Shown here: in pieces, positions 1 to 13,800 of the stretch
Position numbering within the stretch: the first letter of the stretch is position 1
Layout: each line of letters begins with the position of its first letter
Notes under the pieces: model-generated
The model's input: only the letters and a program-made list of their open reading frames with translations
What the model was told of the DNA's origin: nothing
The model's database searches: none
Translations under genes and position numbers: made by a program
Source: Tubiluchus corallicola
Lineage: Eukaryota; Animalia; Priapulida
NCBI GenBank assembly: GCA_030141605.1
Contig: JAQGDQ010000002.1
Location: 496,001-560,000, forward strand
DNA: 64,000 bases
Direction of reading: 5' to 3'

Positions 1-3000
1 GCTTTTGAATTTTAATACAATCGTCGTTTTTATCGTTTCTGTCCCAAGGAAGGGTCTGTAGTGAATTAATTATAACTTGTGTGTAACTTGCCGAAAATGT
101 GAGTCCTGTGGATAATGGTAACGCGTTTAAGCCACGAAACGGACGCATTCAAAATATTTTGTGTTTTGTTCATCTATCCAGCCAGCATTATTACAAAAAT
201 ATATATAACTTTGATGGTAGTGATGACCATAACGGGCCATCACCATTGTAGTGGTGAAAATTGGTTATGGCGATCTAATGAGGCTCAGTTCCACAAATTG
301 GACAACTGAACTCTCCTTTGATAATACCTTAAAGTTATATTAACCCGTCACCTGGTTGACCTGTTTTTCCTAGCCTTTTCGACGGGCGTATAGTCGACTC
401 AGAGCGCTAACTGACCAACAAAATAAACCTAAGGCTTCTATGCAGGATCTCTTCTCCCAGGGTCGCTGAAAGACCGTTCACTAGAAAATCACTTTGAAAA
501 GTCTAAATCAAATTCTGCCGGTGAATCAGATAATTACTCGTCTAACTCTCTTAGTTCCTTAATGATGAGCAGCCGTGCGGAATTCTTTTAATCGTCTACC
601 TTTGCAGGTAAGACGAAACAGTTACCATAGTAACGGGTACCTATTCAGTCAAAATGTCAATTCAGAAAATGTTTTGAAAAGGTTAATTAGCATTGCGTAA
701 AGAGTTACACATTTTGCGCAAGCATATTTCAAGCCACGTAATGATTTTGTTTCGGGAAATTTTAGCACGATACTACTGCTAACGGAAATATTGTAGTTTG
801 CTTGAGAAAATATTTTACTTGTTAGCAGGTCGATAAAAAGTGCACTGTTTGTTTTCCTTTTCAAAGCACTTGAAAACTCTGCCACCAATTTAAATGGTTT
901 ATTATTTCAGTTCAAGAAACTTAATTTCCAAAGGACTAAATTATTATTGGCTTACCCCATAAATAAACAATCCTATAACATTTATGCGTGTGTCATAATT
1001 AGCTCACTAAATCTAATAAATTACCTTTGAGGCCAAATAAACTATAATGATGTGTGAGGTCATTCGCATTTTTATCCATGAAAAACACCTGCATGAACAC
1101 CCTTATTTTATTTTGTTGTACTTAAAGAGTTTTTTGCTTGTCAGAAAAGACTTAGGATACTAAATCTATTTCATTAGTTTATGCTCACGTAAACGCGTCG
1201 CAATTGAAATTATAATCTTAATACAGGTTTAATTAAGACCTAATTAAGATCTAATTAGCGCTTAAATTAAGCTGATGCAGTAAACACATAAATGTTTTGA
1301 TATTTTCTTTCTTCTGAAATAGCTTCTGAAATAGTGTTTGCAAGATTCACTTGCAAAGTTGCAACTGGTGCTGATCAAACTAAGCTTTGGCTCCTTCCCA
1401 TCGTTTTAGTTGCGCCGTCTTGCTTTAGTGAACGGAACTAGTATTCGTTTATGTCAAAATTTGTAAATTCTCAATTTGTTGGTGCGCTTCTAGTTGCTTA
1501 TTTGTTTGTTTTTCTGTTTATTTTACACTGAGAGTATCTCTATACTCACCTCATTACTTACTAGAGAATTAAGATAATTTTAACATTAAGTAAATGTCTT
1601 CGAATACTTAAAATTGCCATTATGTCTCTAGGTTTAAACACCAGTGTTCATTCAAAAAACGTAGGGATAAAGTGCAGGGAAGCAAAATGTCGAAAAAAAT
1701 TCGAACAACATATAAGAAAAATCTATGCATGATTCAAAGAGAAATAGAAATACGTTGTGCTTCGTGATTTATGTCATCAACGAATAACAACAGATTTTTC
1801 TTCCTAGTTCGTTATTTGAATCACGAATAATGAATATCAATAAAATTGCGAATAACAGTCAATGCGCAACAAGCTGAGTTTGTGGCGCTAATTAATTATT
1901 GTGATGCAACTATAATTTAATAATTGTATAGTGCGATTGTACGTGTTATCAAATGTGATGAATGTATCTACCTCATTGCGTTCACGCGTAATGCATTTGT
2001 GGTATTTGGTCTGTTATACATTCGATTCACGAGCATCGTATTGTTCCTTATGCGAACCACGAACAACGAACAACGAATAACAAGCTAACTTCACTTTCCC
2101 TATGGAGTGGATTACCCGGTATACGCAGTTGATAAATTTGTCTGTGTGTTTTAGTGCCATCCGACAGCTAGATGGAAATATATATAATAAATGGTGCAAT
2201 TTATTACTTTTTCATAGCCATGCACGACCAGCCATACTAAACCATTCTTTGACAAATTTTAGTAAATATTCTATTCTTTGCGGAAATAATTTTTGAAGAC
2301 GGGTTTCATTATTTGCTCAGTGCAGACGACGTGTGCATTTTGCTGTTTTAGTTTTCGCAATATTTGTCTAAAGGGGAAAATCGAAACCTCACCAATTATT
2401 GCAGCGTCTGCCAACATTAGATGAATATCATCTGTCACTCGTGAAAAATTTATAGAAGTGACGTCCAAAATTCCTCAAAGCGCTTTTGTTTTTAATATCT
2501 GCGACCCTTAATTTGTAGAAAGTGATTTTGTGTAGGATGGTCTGATTAATATAATAGTAGTAACGTAAATTTCATTTCGGTATACAGTACTTAATTAAAA
2601 TACACTATTGAACTACGTTAGGGGGTGCAACCTTATATTTTCAAAAGTTATCTCATGAACCACGTACACCATATAGAGCAAAAACGTAACAAAACACTAA
2701 AAATAGAACAATTGGTGACTAAAAAATCAAAATCATAGATTTTTCAGTTTATATGAACAACAGCAAGTGAAAATGCTCCAAACAAAAACTGTATTTATTT
2801 ATTTATAATACATCTATTATGAATGTCACTAAAACTGCTGCTGTTTCTGCTATAGAACTCATTACAGTTATTAACGTTTGTTGCGCAATTGAATGCTTGC
2901 AATTACCGTGATCTAGGCAGGTGTGCTGTTTTCAGTCAAATAACGGTTAACAATTCCCGTGTTAAATTACAACTCAGTTTCAAGTGGAAAATGTACACTA

Positions 3001-3211
3001 GCAAAATGTCTGCACGAGAGCTTTTAGACAAATTAGAGTCCTTACAACAATGCGCAATATGGAGCTGGATAAAAATACAGATCAAAAAGGACACATTAAG
3101 ACTTGACAGGGTTGGTAGCAAACCACAATTATATGTCACTGTCTATAATTGTACAATATTATTTTATCTCACTTCCTTTTATTATTCGCTTTGCGTTGTA
3201 TACTGTGCAAT

Positions 3212-3456
3212 GACCGGATTGTATAGCTCAATGATAGCATGCTCGCTTTCCACCCGGGAGGTCGCGGGATCAACTCCCGACCGAGTCATACGAACGGATT
3301 AAAAAAATGGTACCGCTGGTTCTTTGACCTAGCACGCGAGTTTATCAAAGCAACGTGCGGGTAATAATAATCAGGGCCACCTTGGAAAAAAGTTATGAGT
3401 TTCTTAAGGTGTTATTCCTGGCTTATGTCCTAAAAGAAATTACTATTATTATTATT
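3212..3456 (+). mobile_element. tRNA-derived SINE
   Basis: A-box-like TAGCTCAATGATAG, B-box-like GGGATCAACTCCC, TTC-CAC anticodon-like loop, a non-tRNA body, (TTA)n tail and an imperfect TSD (tgtgcaat / tgtgaaat). Confidence 0.75.
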
Positions 3457-5502
3457 GTGAAATCAAGAATGAATGAAAAAAAGGCTTACTGAATCAAGAC
3501 GCTAGGTTTTTGTGTCAATGGTTACTCCCAAAAGGTAGTTCCTGTGAAATTCATAACATCAGCTGACATTAAAAAAGATGCAGAAAACCTCTATTGAAGA
3601 TACCTCTCATGTGCATCAACGTTTAAAAAAGTGTAAGCAATGAAGTTTTTATGGGTGAAAATGACCTTACGAACCCATCAGTGCTTCAAATTAATAAATT
3701 GTTTGTGCTATTTTGGTTATATACGCAATTATTATAAGCCTAGTCGTGTAGCAAATACTGATTTTCGCGGATGGCTATAGGAAACCGTTATTACAAATAA
3801 ATGTAAAATAACGTACATATTGTCACCGTGGTTATAATGTCCAGACAGTGGCAATGAAATGACAGTACTGATGCTTTTTGTACTTTACCAGAGTGTCAGT
3901 TCATGATTCGTCAGTGGGCGCAATTGCGTTTCATGGTTCATGAAATTCAAAAGTAGCGTCACACGCGAATGTATATAATCAAATAACGTGCAACACGATA
4001 AAAGACTTTTGTTTTATTATAATCACTATAATATTAGTTTTATGATATGAGTAATTAGTTAGGAATACGTGGACTAAATTAGTTTACAATAATTGCATAC
4101 GCACTAATAAAGTTGTTTGCCATCATTATAAATATTGAGGCACACATCATTATCATTTTTGAAGCCCTTTTAGCATATCACATCGTATTTAAAACGTACG
4201 CGGCGATAAATCTTAAAATTTTCTGGTGCACTAAAGTTTCATGAGCCACTTGAGGAAAAGCAGATGACGTGGACGTTTGCGACTCCAAAAATTGTCTCTG
4301 GATGCCTTAGGGAACCGTCACCCATGTGCTTTAAGAATCTACGGCTTCGAACTTACATACAGTAGAATTAATGAAGCCGTGAGCTTTGGTGTTATCTCAG
4401 GATTAAGTATTACTCTGGAATCTCCGGTATATGTGTATAGAATGAACTTGTAGCGTGCCAAACTTAGAACTATTTTTTGTAACACGTAGACATTGTTGTC
4501 ATGCCGATGTAAAAACAGTGCGGACACCTGTGCAGTGTCTAATGTAAAATTTCGTCATTGATAACATCCCACCAAGACCTTCGTCGAACAAATTTCCACT
4601 TCAGGATTATGTACTTGTTGGTACCGTTATTCATTAAACATTATAACAAACAACTTTTTTTGTTGCCACCGCATTCTATGTTTTTGTAATGGTGGTTCAA
4701 CAAACATCAACTTTCAACATAATGTTCGATGCACATTCCAAACGAGCTTTAAGTTGAGGTGGACAGGTTTATAAAGTTACTAAACATTTATCTGTTCGTC
4801 ATGCGTCATATTTCAAATATAACTTAAATCGTTGTTACACGTCTTTAAATCTTTCCGGCTCGTATGTAAATCTGTGTGCAGCCAGCGCGAAAAGATAAGT
4901 TTTCCTGTTTTTCTTCCCTGTTATCCGTCGAGATTTACTAAGGAAAAAGGGGCAGCGCGTATCATGGCTTCCTCCCAAGATGCTTACGTCATCGTTACTG
5001 ACTGTATCGCGACATTAATACCACGCAAACCATCTGGCACTCGTGTCAGGGTTCGAAGCTGTGTTTAACGGAATAAAAGTTTTTAATCACCATACCTCGT
5101 TTAATAGCGCATCCAAGCATCTTCTTGCATCTTTTGACTCTCGAGATACAAGCTGTGTTAATTTAGGCCTAATATTTTCAATATTTGTTAAGCAACATGA
5201 TTATCTCGTCATCTTCCCTAACATTAGGCCTATATTAAGGGATTTCTTGTTGCCAGAATTAGATTAAACAGCTTCATTTAGCAAAGGCTTCATCGCTATC
5301 AAGCTCTAGTTCTGTTTTCGTGCTGATCACTCTAACAGCTGAAAGTGACGTGTTAAAACTACTTAATACTTTCAAACTTCACACGTTTTCAATATGGCGG
5401 ATAAATGTGACAGGTCGTCTGGGAAAAACAGACGTTTAATTCATGGTAACAAAGACAGCCATTTCCACATGTTAATATACGATGCATGATAGGGGCTACC
5501 TG

Positions 5503-5807
<305 letters not shown>

Positions 5808-6940
5808 TAAACATAATAACCATGAACTTCAAAGTTGCATCGGCTTGTGTTAAATGCGTAGCATTTTCGTACATCGCGACACTTGTAAATAATTTTTATA
5901 AAGTGACAAGAAACGCTTTAGTTTAGGCAAGCGTCCTAGATTACTATCTTTATTTTGCAGGACACATTTTATCGCCATTAACACCTTTATCATAATATAA
6001 TATATCAAGTTTTTTTCCAGTTAGACCTAAAATTTTAATCGCTTATGCAATTACGCGCTTATACAAAAACGCGATTGTAAAATGACTGTTAAAAAGTTAG
6101 AACATTGTCTTCTTATAACAAAAATTTAAATAAAAATGTGCAAATTGTGAATGTATTTTATTTTCGACAAATCACTATTTGAATTAGAATTTTATTATTT
6201 AGTGTCCTGTTTAATTGACCATTTTGCGTACAGGCAAAAAATATACCCTGTAGGCAAAAACGACGAAAATGAATATTAAAGGAAAACTTAAAGGACCCAA
6301 TCTTAAACTGTAGGTCAAACAAACCGCTCTTTAAAATAATGAAAGGAAACACATTATTTTTTCAAAAATAGCTTACGAGAAATAATTATTTCCACACAAA
6401 CACAATTTCATGTTCGAGCCACTAATTATTTGCTGTTAGAGTCATTTCGCCGTTCGCTAGTTAGACGGGTACTAACGCCTGCATTTCGGAAATGCATTGC
6501 ACAAAAAACAGGTGCTGTACTTCTCAGTTCAGATGTGTTAGTTTGTGAAGAACTGCGCACGTTTGACAGCTCATGCCTAAATACAGTAGTAAATTTGAAA
6601 TTTGAATTTTTATCTTAAAACTTGCCTAGTTTTAGTACAACACGCTGAAAATCTTGCAGTAGCACTGTACTTCGATTTTCGCTTTCGCAAACACGTGCAA
6701 CACGCTCCTGGAATTTTTTTGCTGTTGAAGATTATGCCAATGGCTCATCCATTATTAACTAAGTTTTTAATTTTTAATTTATTTATCAGAACCGCTTTTG
6801 CAGTATTAATTGTGTTAAAATGTATACTTTTATCGGACTTGAAAATGGGGTAGTATAAGAAAAATCATCCTGTTTTCCTTTAACTAAGTTACAATAACCA
6901 TCAGCACATGCCAAATATCATGTTACGTTATGTTAAGCCT

Positions 6941-7201
6941 ATATCATATCATATCATATCATATCATATCATATCATATCATATCATATCATATCATATC
7001 ATATCATATCATATCATATCATATCATATCATATCATATCATATCATATCATATCATATCATATCATATCATATCATATCATATCATATCATATCATATC
7101 ATATCACACCATGTCACATCATGTCACGTCACATCACATCATATCATATCGTACATCTTATCATGTCATATCATATCTTATCACATCACATCACATCACA
7201 T
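6941..7201. repeat. (ATATC)n pentanucleotide microsatellite; 33 perfect units to 7105, then degenerate
   Basis: Directly visible; explains the spurious SYHII ORFs. Confidence 0.98.
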
Positions 7202-7389
7202 GCTGAGTATTTTGTTTAATTATTGTCGACTACTGCATTTTCATTTGTAGTATCAAGTAGTATAAACTAGATTTAACTTTAAACGCTTAAATTTATTTTT
7301 GCTTCCAAATTAAGTAGTTTCTAAATTTGAGACTGAAAGTAATTGATTGAATGTGGACATGTTTCTTACTATTATTATTAACAGAGTAG

Positions 7390-7870
7390 CAATATTTTAT
7401 TGTATTTTATTTTGTTTTATTTATTATTCATTCTTAAAATAAAAAGACTCACTTCCATGTCTCACAAATTACAAAACCTTAACTGAAGCATAAAATAGAA
7501 ATCACCCAGACACATAGCGCTTACGACGAGACCGTTCTTACTTAAAGTGTCTATTAAAATTACAAAAGTTCTGTATATTAAAGTGTGATAGCAACAAAAT
7601 AAAACGATTAAGATTAATAGCTTTAGCAATTTCAACTGGCAGTGAATTCTAACACGGTTTGCGAAAGAGCGCTTGAGTAAATTTAATCTACAAATGTTTT
7701 TTTTACAATTTAAAACGATGTTCTCTTAGAGAGGAAGGGCATAAAGAATTCATTAAAATCTAAGTCTACGAGTTCATGGCATTTTTGCGCACCATTTTAA
7801 ATCAAATAGAATTCTTCTAATTCGAATGGTTGCAAATTTTCAAGCCTATGTAAGTAGCTCCTATTTGTCC
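7390..7870 (-). mobile_element. Decayed 3' end of a CR1-like LINE
   Basis: Minus-strand translation fragments RLENL..RRI.FDL, LREHRFKL and CRLNLLKRSFANRV resemble CR1 ORF2 C-termini; AATAA-rich tail near 7395-7430. Confidence 0.55.
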
Positions 7871-8550
7871 CATTTGTTTTAAATGTTATAGGCCTGTGCA
7901 TGTATCCTGCATAATATTTTAGCATGCCATGATTTTATCCTTTACTTGTGTTTGCTTAACTGTTATGATATCTGTAAATTGCATATACGTACCACGTACG
8001 ATACTTAGTACTATAACAAGGATTTACCTATCTAAACTAACGCTAAACACAATTAGGGTATAACGTTAGGCATAATGACGTTGCGCTGACACCTGCTGGT
8101 AGAAAAATGGACCACTATCGTAACAGTCGAGTGCAATAACTACAGACGTCGACGAGTTTTGAGGTCGGCTATTTTATGTACAACCTTTTTTGTAGATTTA
8201 GCTCACTGTAGGGCCTGCCAGGTTATTTCTGATACTAAATGGTTGTGGTCTACGGAGTGTATTTCCTTAATCAAAAATTATCCTCAACACTGAATTGGGA
8301 GTTCTTCAACGAGCTAAAGCACTCAGTGATAGTATTCCCAATGCACACCCATTCATTTACAACCTGGTACTGTTTATCTTAACTTCTGTAGTTAAACTGT
8401 GGCCACCCAAGAACGCGAGCAGCTATCCTTTTTGCCCTCAGCAGAAGACAGTTATATCGAACAGAACTCACATTTCTAACTTGCCTACTTTATTTGTAAA
8501 GTTAATGTTGACTTTCTGCAATTTTCTTTCTGAGGATACCTTTTTTGTAG

Positions 8551-8660
8551 GTTCCCCGGCAGATCGAGCAAACTTGGAAGTAGGTGATGAGATTTTGGAG
8601 GTAAACGGGAAGACATTGGAAAATGCCTCGCACAATGAAATCATCAGTCATATACATAAT
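8551..8660 (+). CDS. MPP5: MPP5-like exon, C-terminal half of an N-terminal PDZ domain
   Basis: ttttttgtag| (G)SPADRANLEVGDEILEVNGKTLENASHNEIISHIHN |gtaagt; classic PDZ motif GDxILEVNG; phase 1 to 0. Confidence 0.82.
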
Positions 8661-10800
8661 GTAAGTACCGAAAAATTATATAAACTACAGTAAAATCACA
8701 GTTCTATAGAACAGAAATGTCTTCGTAATCTGTCTGGAAGACCACTGCATGCTTGATATAGTCAAAATAATGGACAAGGTGCTCTCATAATGACTTACAA
8801 CTTTCAATTGTCGAAATTTGTCAGTCAGTAGATGGCAGCACGATATTACTACTTGTTCGCGCTGCTCATGCGTGTCAACAGATGTGCAATAGTAATTTGA
8901 CAAGCACGGTAGTAAACTTGTTTTGTGTGTTCAGTTAGGAGTAGTTCGGTGAAATTTGTGCAATTTTAAACAAAAATTTAATTGTGCCTATTATAATTAT
9001 GTGTGTGTATATTAGAGTACTTAACATATGACTGTTTGTAATTACTGTGAGATAGCCATTTCATCTACGCTGAATGCCGTCATTATCTCAACAGAATTAT
9101 GAAGGACGAGAAGTTTTGAGCTACAGGTAACCAGGGCAAGTATTCCACGTACCAAATTGTTACTATCCTAACATGTCTTAATTATTGGAGTAGCCAGTGA
9201 CAGTCACATATTTATAATAATAATGATCAACATTAGCGTTGAACTAACTCATTTTGTTGTTTTACGTGTGAATCTATCCAATGATATAAATATTAAATAT
9301 GCCCCCCCCCCATTGTTAAATCTATATTCTATGAGTATTACAATTCATTGATGTTAGACTTCCAGATTTTTCACTAAGCCATAAGACCTGATTTAAATTG
9401 ACAACTAGAAATTCATTATAATTTTAATAACTGGGCAATTGCTATCGTTTTGTGCTATGCTGAGAGTGGTGAGATCATTAACTTGCAATTAACTAATTAG
9501 CAATAATATGTATATGTAGCGGTTGCTCCATATTAGACCAAGCAGGTCTGATTGTGGAGCAGTTTCCAAATTTAGATTTTCTAGTCTCATTTTCATTAGT
9601 TTACTCACTTTTGTTGTAAGTAGCAACGTTGGAAATTTGTTATGCCCTGAATGAAAGTGCAACTAGCGCGCAGAATGGTTAAATTATCGTAAACGTTGAT
9701 GCCTAAACTGGCTTAAAAGTATTTTTACAAGTACATAAATAAAATTAGAAATGATATATATTTCTTGGAAACATTATTTTAGAAATGGTGCTGACTACTG
9801 TGCAACATTTATAAAAAAAATTAAAACAATTTTTTATGTAAGTTATATGTGTAGTTGTATTACTTATAACCATAAAATCATATTATACATACATTAATGA
9901 TGCACTGTACTCTGAGATGTCTCCTGCTGAAATCCAACGTGTTATTTCTGCAACAGTTTATTTTAATAAACTAAGCAAGTCTGTTAAGCAGCAAGACAAT
10001 AAAATAAACTTATAAAATCTTCCAAGAGACTGTGCCTTTGATTTGTAATTTTTGCATGTAGTAGTTAATGCAATACTGTATGGACAGATAAATTACAAAA
10101 TTCCTGGTGTCTGGTGAAATTTGTAAGAATTCCTTGGAATTCCTTCTGTTGCAATTGACCCAGTTGTAGCTTGCAAGGCATTTTGAGAATTAGCTGCACT
10201 TAAAATATGCAAGTAAGTCTGTGCACTTAGCCAGATGGGTTGTGGCAACACGTGTGGATTTTGTTTTCACAGTATGTCAAAATTTGTGCAATTCTGCATC
10301 ATAGTTGTTTCAAGGACAAACAAGATAGTTTGTACAGTGTACACAGTAAGGTGGTAATGGTGAGGAAAGAAATCTCCATTTAACTTCTAATAAGAATTGC
10401 ATGATTTTAAAGTATTTTACTAGAATTATTGTTTTTTGGTTAGTGAAGGCTATTTGTGTTTACAGGCTCCTTTTATAGACAAACTACAAAACCCATACAG
10501 TAATAAAGTAGTTACATTTTCACAAGAAATATCTCTAGATTAACAACGTTACAGTTTTTCTAATATAGAATAATCTTAAATTATAATCATTGTTACAATA
10601 GTTCATTAACTTGTCAAATTTTTGGCGCCTGGGAGTGTTTGTTCCTGTTTATTGGGCTTATTACAGCCTGTAGTATTTGATAAATTGTTGAAAATTTTAC
10701 GAAATCTGTGTAGTCGTAGTAATGCTACGCTTACGTTATTATTGTTAGTAGTAAAGCTATTAACATAACCATTTTATAGAAAGTATTTTTCTTTTTCCAG

Positions 10801-10858
10801 TGTATTCGATCCAGGACCATTTGTTTGAGAGTCCGAAGAAAAGGTGGTAATAATATAG
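10801..10858 (+). CDS. MPP5: MPP5-like exon, last strand of the N-terminal PDZ
   Basis: tttttccag| CIRSRTICLRVRRKGGNNI G|gtgagt; phase 0 to 1, which fits both the 8660 donor and the 26150 acceptor. Confidence 0.78.
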
Positions 10859-13800
10859 GTGAGTTGTACAAATAGTATCTGAAACAATCTAGGTAAACCA
10901 ACTGTTATAAACTGTGACTGTATGTGGGAGCATTATGACACCGGAGTAATACATAGTCATAGGTGATTTCAAAGCGTACTGTACGTATAACAATTTTCGG
11001 CTTACATAACCCCCGGGTACATTCCACAGGTGCATTCAGCCGCATCTCCATGTTTTGTTACAACAAGCGCTCTCTAACCTGTGAATAACAGGTACAGTAG
11101 CAGGGTTTTGTCTACTGTATAGTATACTACTGTTGTCTACAAGTACAGAAGTTTAATATTTTTAAAAGCGACTTATTTAATAATACACATCGTTCAAGTA
11201 ACAAAGTCAAAATGATGTTGGAACTTGGAGGTGTTGATTGTCTGAACAGTTTGGTATAATTGTATACAAAGTAAAATTATTTCTCGATAACATTTGACCT
11301 ATTTTAATTGGAAGTATTGATAAATGAGTTGAGTTTGTGTTTTTCGAACGATTTATCGTGAATATTATGTTTGTTTTCGAGTAATTAATTGTTCAGTCGG
11401 CCTTGCAGCCTTTCTGTTACTTTTATTTCTCAACCAACTTGAAAATTTCAAGCTGAAATTTGGTTAGTTCTAAAATCCCCCAACCCGCGACTTTGTGAAC
11501 GACAGGCAAAATAAAGTTGTGAGTTGTGAGGGATCTAGTAATTTAGTATACATTTTTTTCTAAGCCCCACAATGAACAACTTTACCAAAGGCTGATCATA
11601 GTTAATTTTGTGGGTTTAGGGTTTAGTCATTTATTAAGTCCTTTCCACAATCCACCGCTTTTGGAACTTGGAAGTTGTGGATTGTGGGGTTTAACCTGAA
11701 ATTTAAATATTTTTTTGTTGTTGAACTGTAAAAAATAATCATGAATCCTCTGGCTTTTTGAAAGAGAATTACTGAACCATTGATTGGAGCATGCTTCATT
11801 AAAGAGAATTCTGTAAAATGATGAAGGCAATATTACTGTTTCTTTGGCTGTTACCTGCAGATTTGAATCTTGATTATGACAATCAATAATGTATTGCAAT
11901 GGTGAAAGCGAAAAGTCAGATCATTTTTCGAGAGGTAAGGCAAAGAAAATGTATGCGATATTTTTGGCATTAGATTATTGGACTGAGTTGGCTTGGCTAG
12001 GTAAATAAGGATGAATTCATTTAACAGCTTATGATGTGCTTCTGCATGGGCCTTTATTTTTTAGATGCTCTTTCCAAAGTGACAGAATAGTTATTTACAT
12101 AGGGCAGAAATTTTTGGTTTGCTTAGTTTTGTTATGTATGTAAGTATCTGAAACACCACAGTGATTGGAAATAAATAACAACGATAATGATATTAATATT
12201 AACGTGTGAACTGAATAACAACCGCTCTCAAAGTTCTGTGGATTATATATAATTTAGTGGTTAGTAATTTAATTATAATAAAATGGTTGATTTAGTAATG
12301 TGACTAATGTTAAAGATGCTGAAATCTTGGTTTTTACTGTCCAATTACAATTTGTAATCTAAAATGAAGAAAGTGCATTGGCAGATGAGTTAGTTTTCCC
12401 CTAGCCCTATCGAGGGATTTTTTGATTCAAGTCAAACGAAATTTAGGTCAAGTAAAATAGTGCTTATAGTAGGTGCTTAGAAACCAAAACAAACCAATGC
12501 TTGCATTTGCTTTGCTTGGTTAGTAAATGGATATGTGACCACAAAAAATGTTTCTGGGCAGTCTCATTGATCTACCATGCTTGTCTGATAATAAGACAGA
12601 TTCTGGTCTTGCCACAGTCATAAAAATAATAAGTAACCACTGCCACTGCATGCTTGTAGCAGGATTTCGAGCTGAATTAAAAGTGTCTTTAGAATTATTA
12701 TAATCCATCAGAGACTTACCTCGATTCTGATTCTTCGTGACCAAATTCTCTTGATGTTCTTTCTCTTGTGTTATAAATGTAGGTATCCCTGTGTGGTGAC
12801 TCTGGGTATCCATGAAAATAATTGCGTTGACACCTCGTCATGATGTGGCAAAAAATGCCAAAAACCACATGGAACCGCATAATAGAAAAAGTATGGCATT
12901 TTTAGTTTGACTTCAGGTAATCTGAAGGTGTATTTTTTCTGAAATCATCGCTTAGTGAAAGGATAGGCTGTGCTGTTGGTTTTTCAGTCCTGTTTTCCAT
13001 GATGATTTTTAGTCGTCTTTGGTGTACATCATAAATTATAACCTCTGTCGTGACGTTCTCCTGACAGTCCTTTACTGTGTTTTGTGCTGTTATTGTGCTC
13101 TTTCTCTTGCGTCTTGCATTTCCGTGTGGTGAATTTACCCACTTTGTCACATAAATGCTTCATTAAATGGTTCCAGACCAAATTAGGTTGAAATGTGTCG
13201 TTACAGTCCAAAAATTATTTCAACACTGTGTATCTTCCAAAACCTTTAAAATGACATTCACCTTGGAATAGTATGGAGCTCAAAATGGTTTAAATTTGGC
13301 TTAAATTTTACGCCAAGTTTGTTTGATCACAACAACAAATCAAAACTCAAAAGCAAAAAACAATGCAACAAAAAACTATTCTAAATAAATTTTCAACTGA
13401 CAAGATTGACCATATTGAACATGATAAATTACAAAACAGCTCTTTGATTTTCACATACTGTTTCATTGTCTTTTCTACTCAAATATTCATCGTATCGTGT
13501 TGAAAACCAGCACTCGCAGTGTGAGCCTATAATTGAATGAATGGGTTTAAAAATAGAGTTTACGTTCTGTTGCTGCTGAAAGCATGCTCATTACTGTTAA
13601 GCACAAATAATTTCCAATATAATAATGATTATGACTATTGGCGACTGCTTTGAACGATTTTTGATTTGCGAATTCCATTAATGTTTTGTGGGTTTCTTCC
13701 TAGTCTATACCTGACTTGGGTTTTAAAAAGGTACTTGCACTATATTAGTAATTTATCTCAAATTTGCAGACGAAACTAGGGTCAGCTGAAAAAAAGAAAA

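Noticed and set aside
1528-1564. Hairpin GAGTATCTCTATACTC followed by CTAG (possible Helitron 3' end)
   Set aside because: The hairpin is AT-rich, no T follows CTAG, and no 5' end was identified
3215-3290. tRNA-Gly-like gene
   Set aside because: Stems are imperfect and it continues into a SINE body and tail; treated as a SINE head
6908-7250. SYHII-repeat ORFs
   Set aside because: Translations of the (ATATC)n microsatellite
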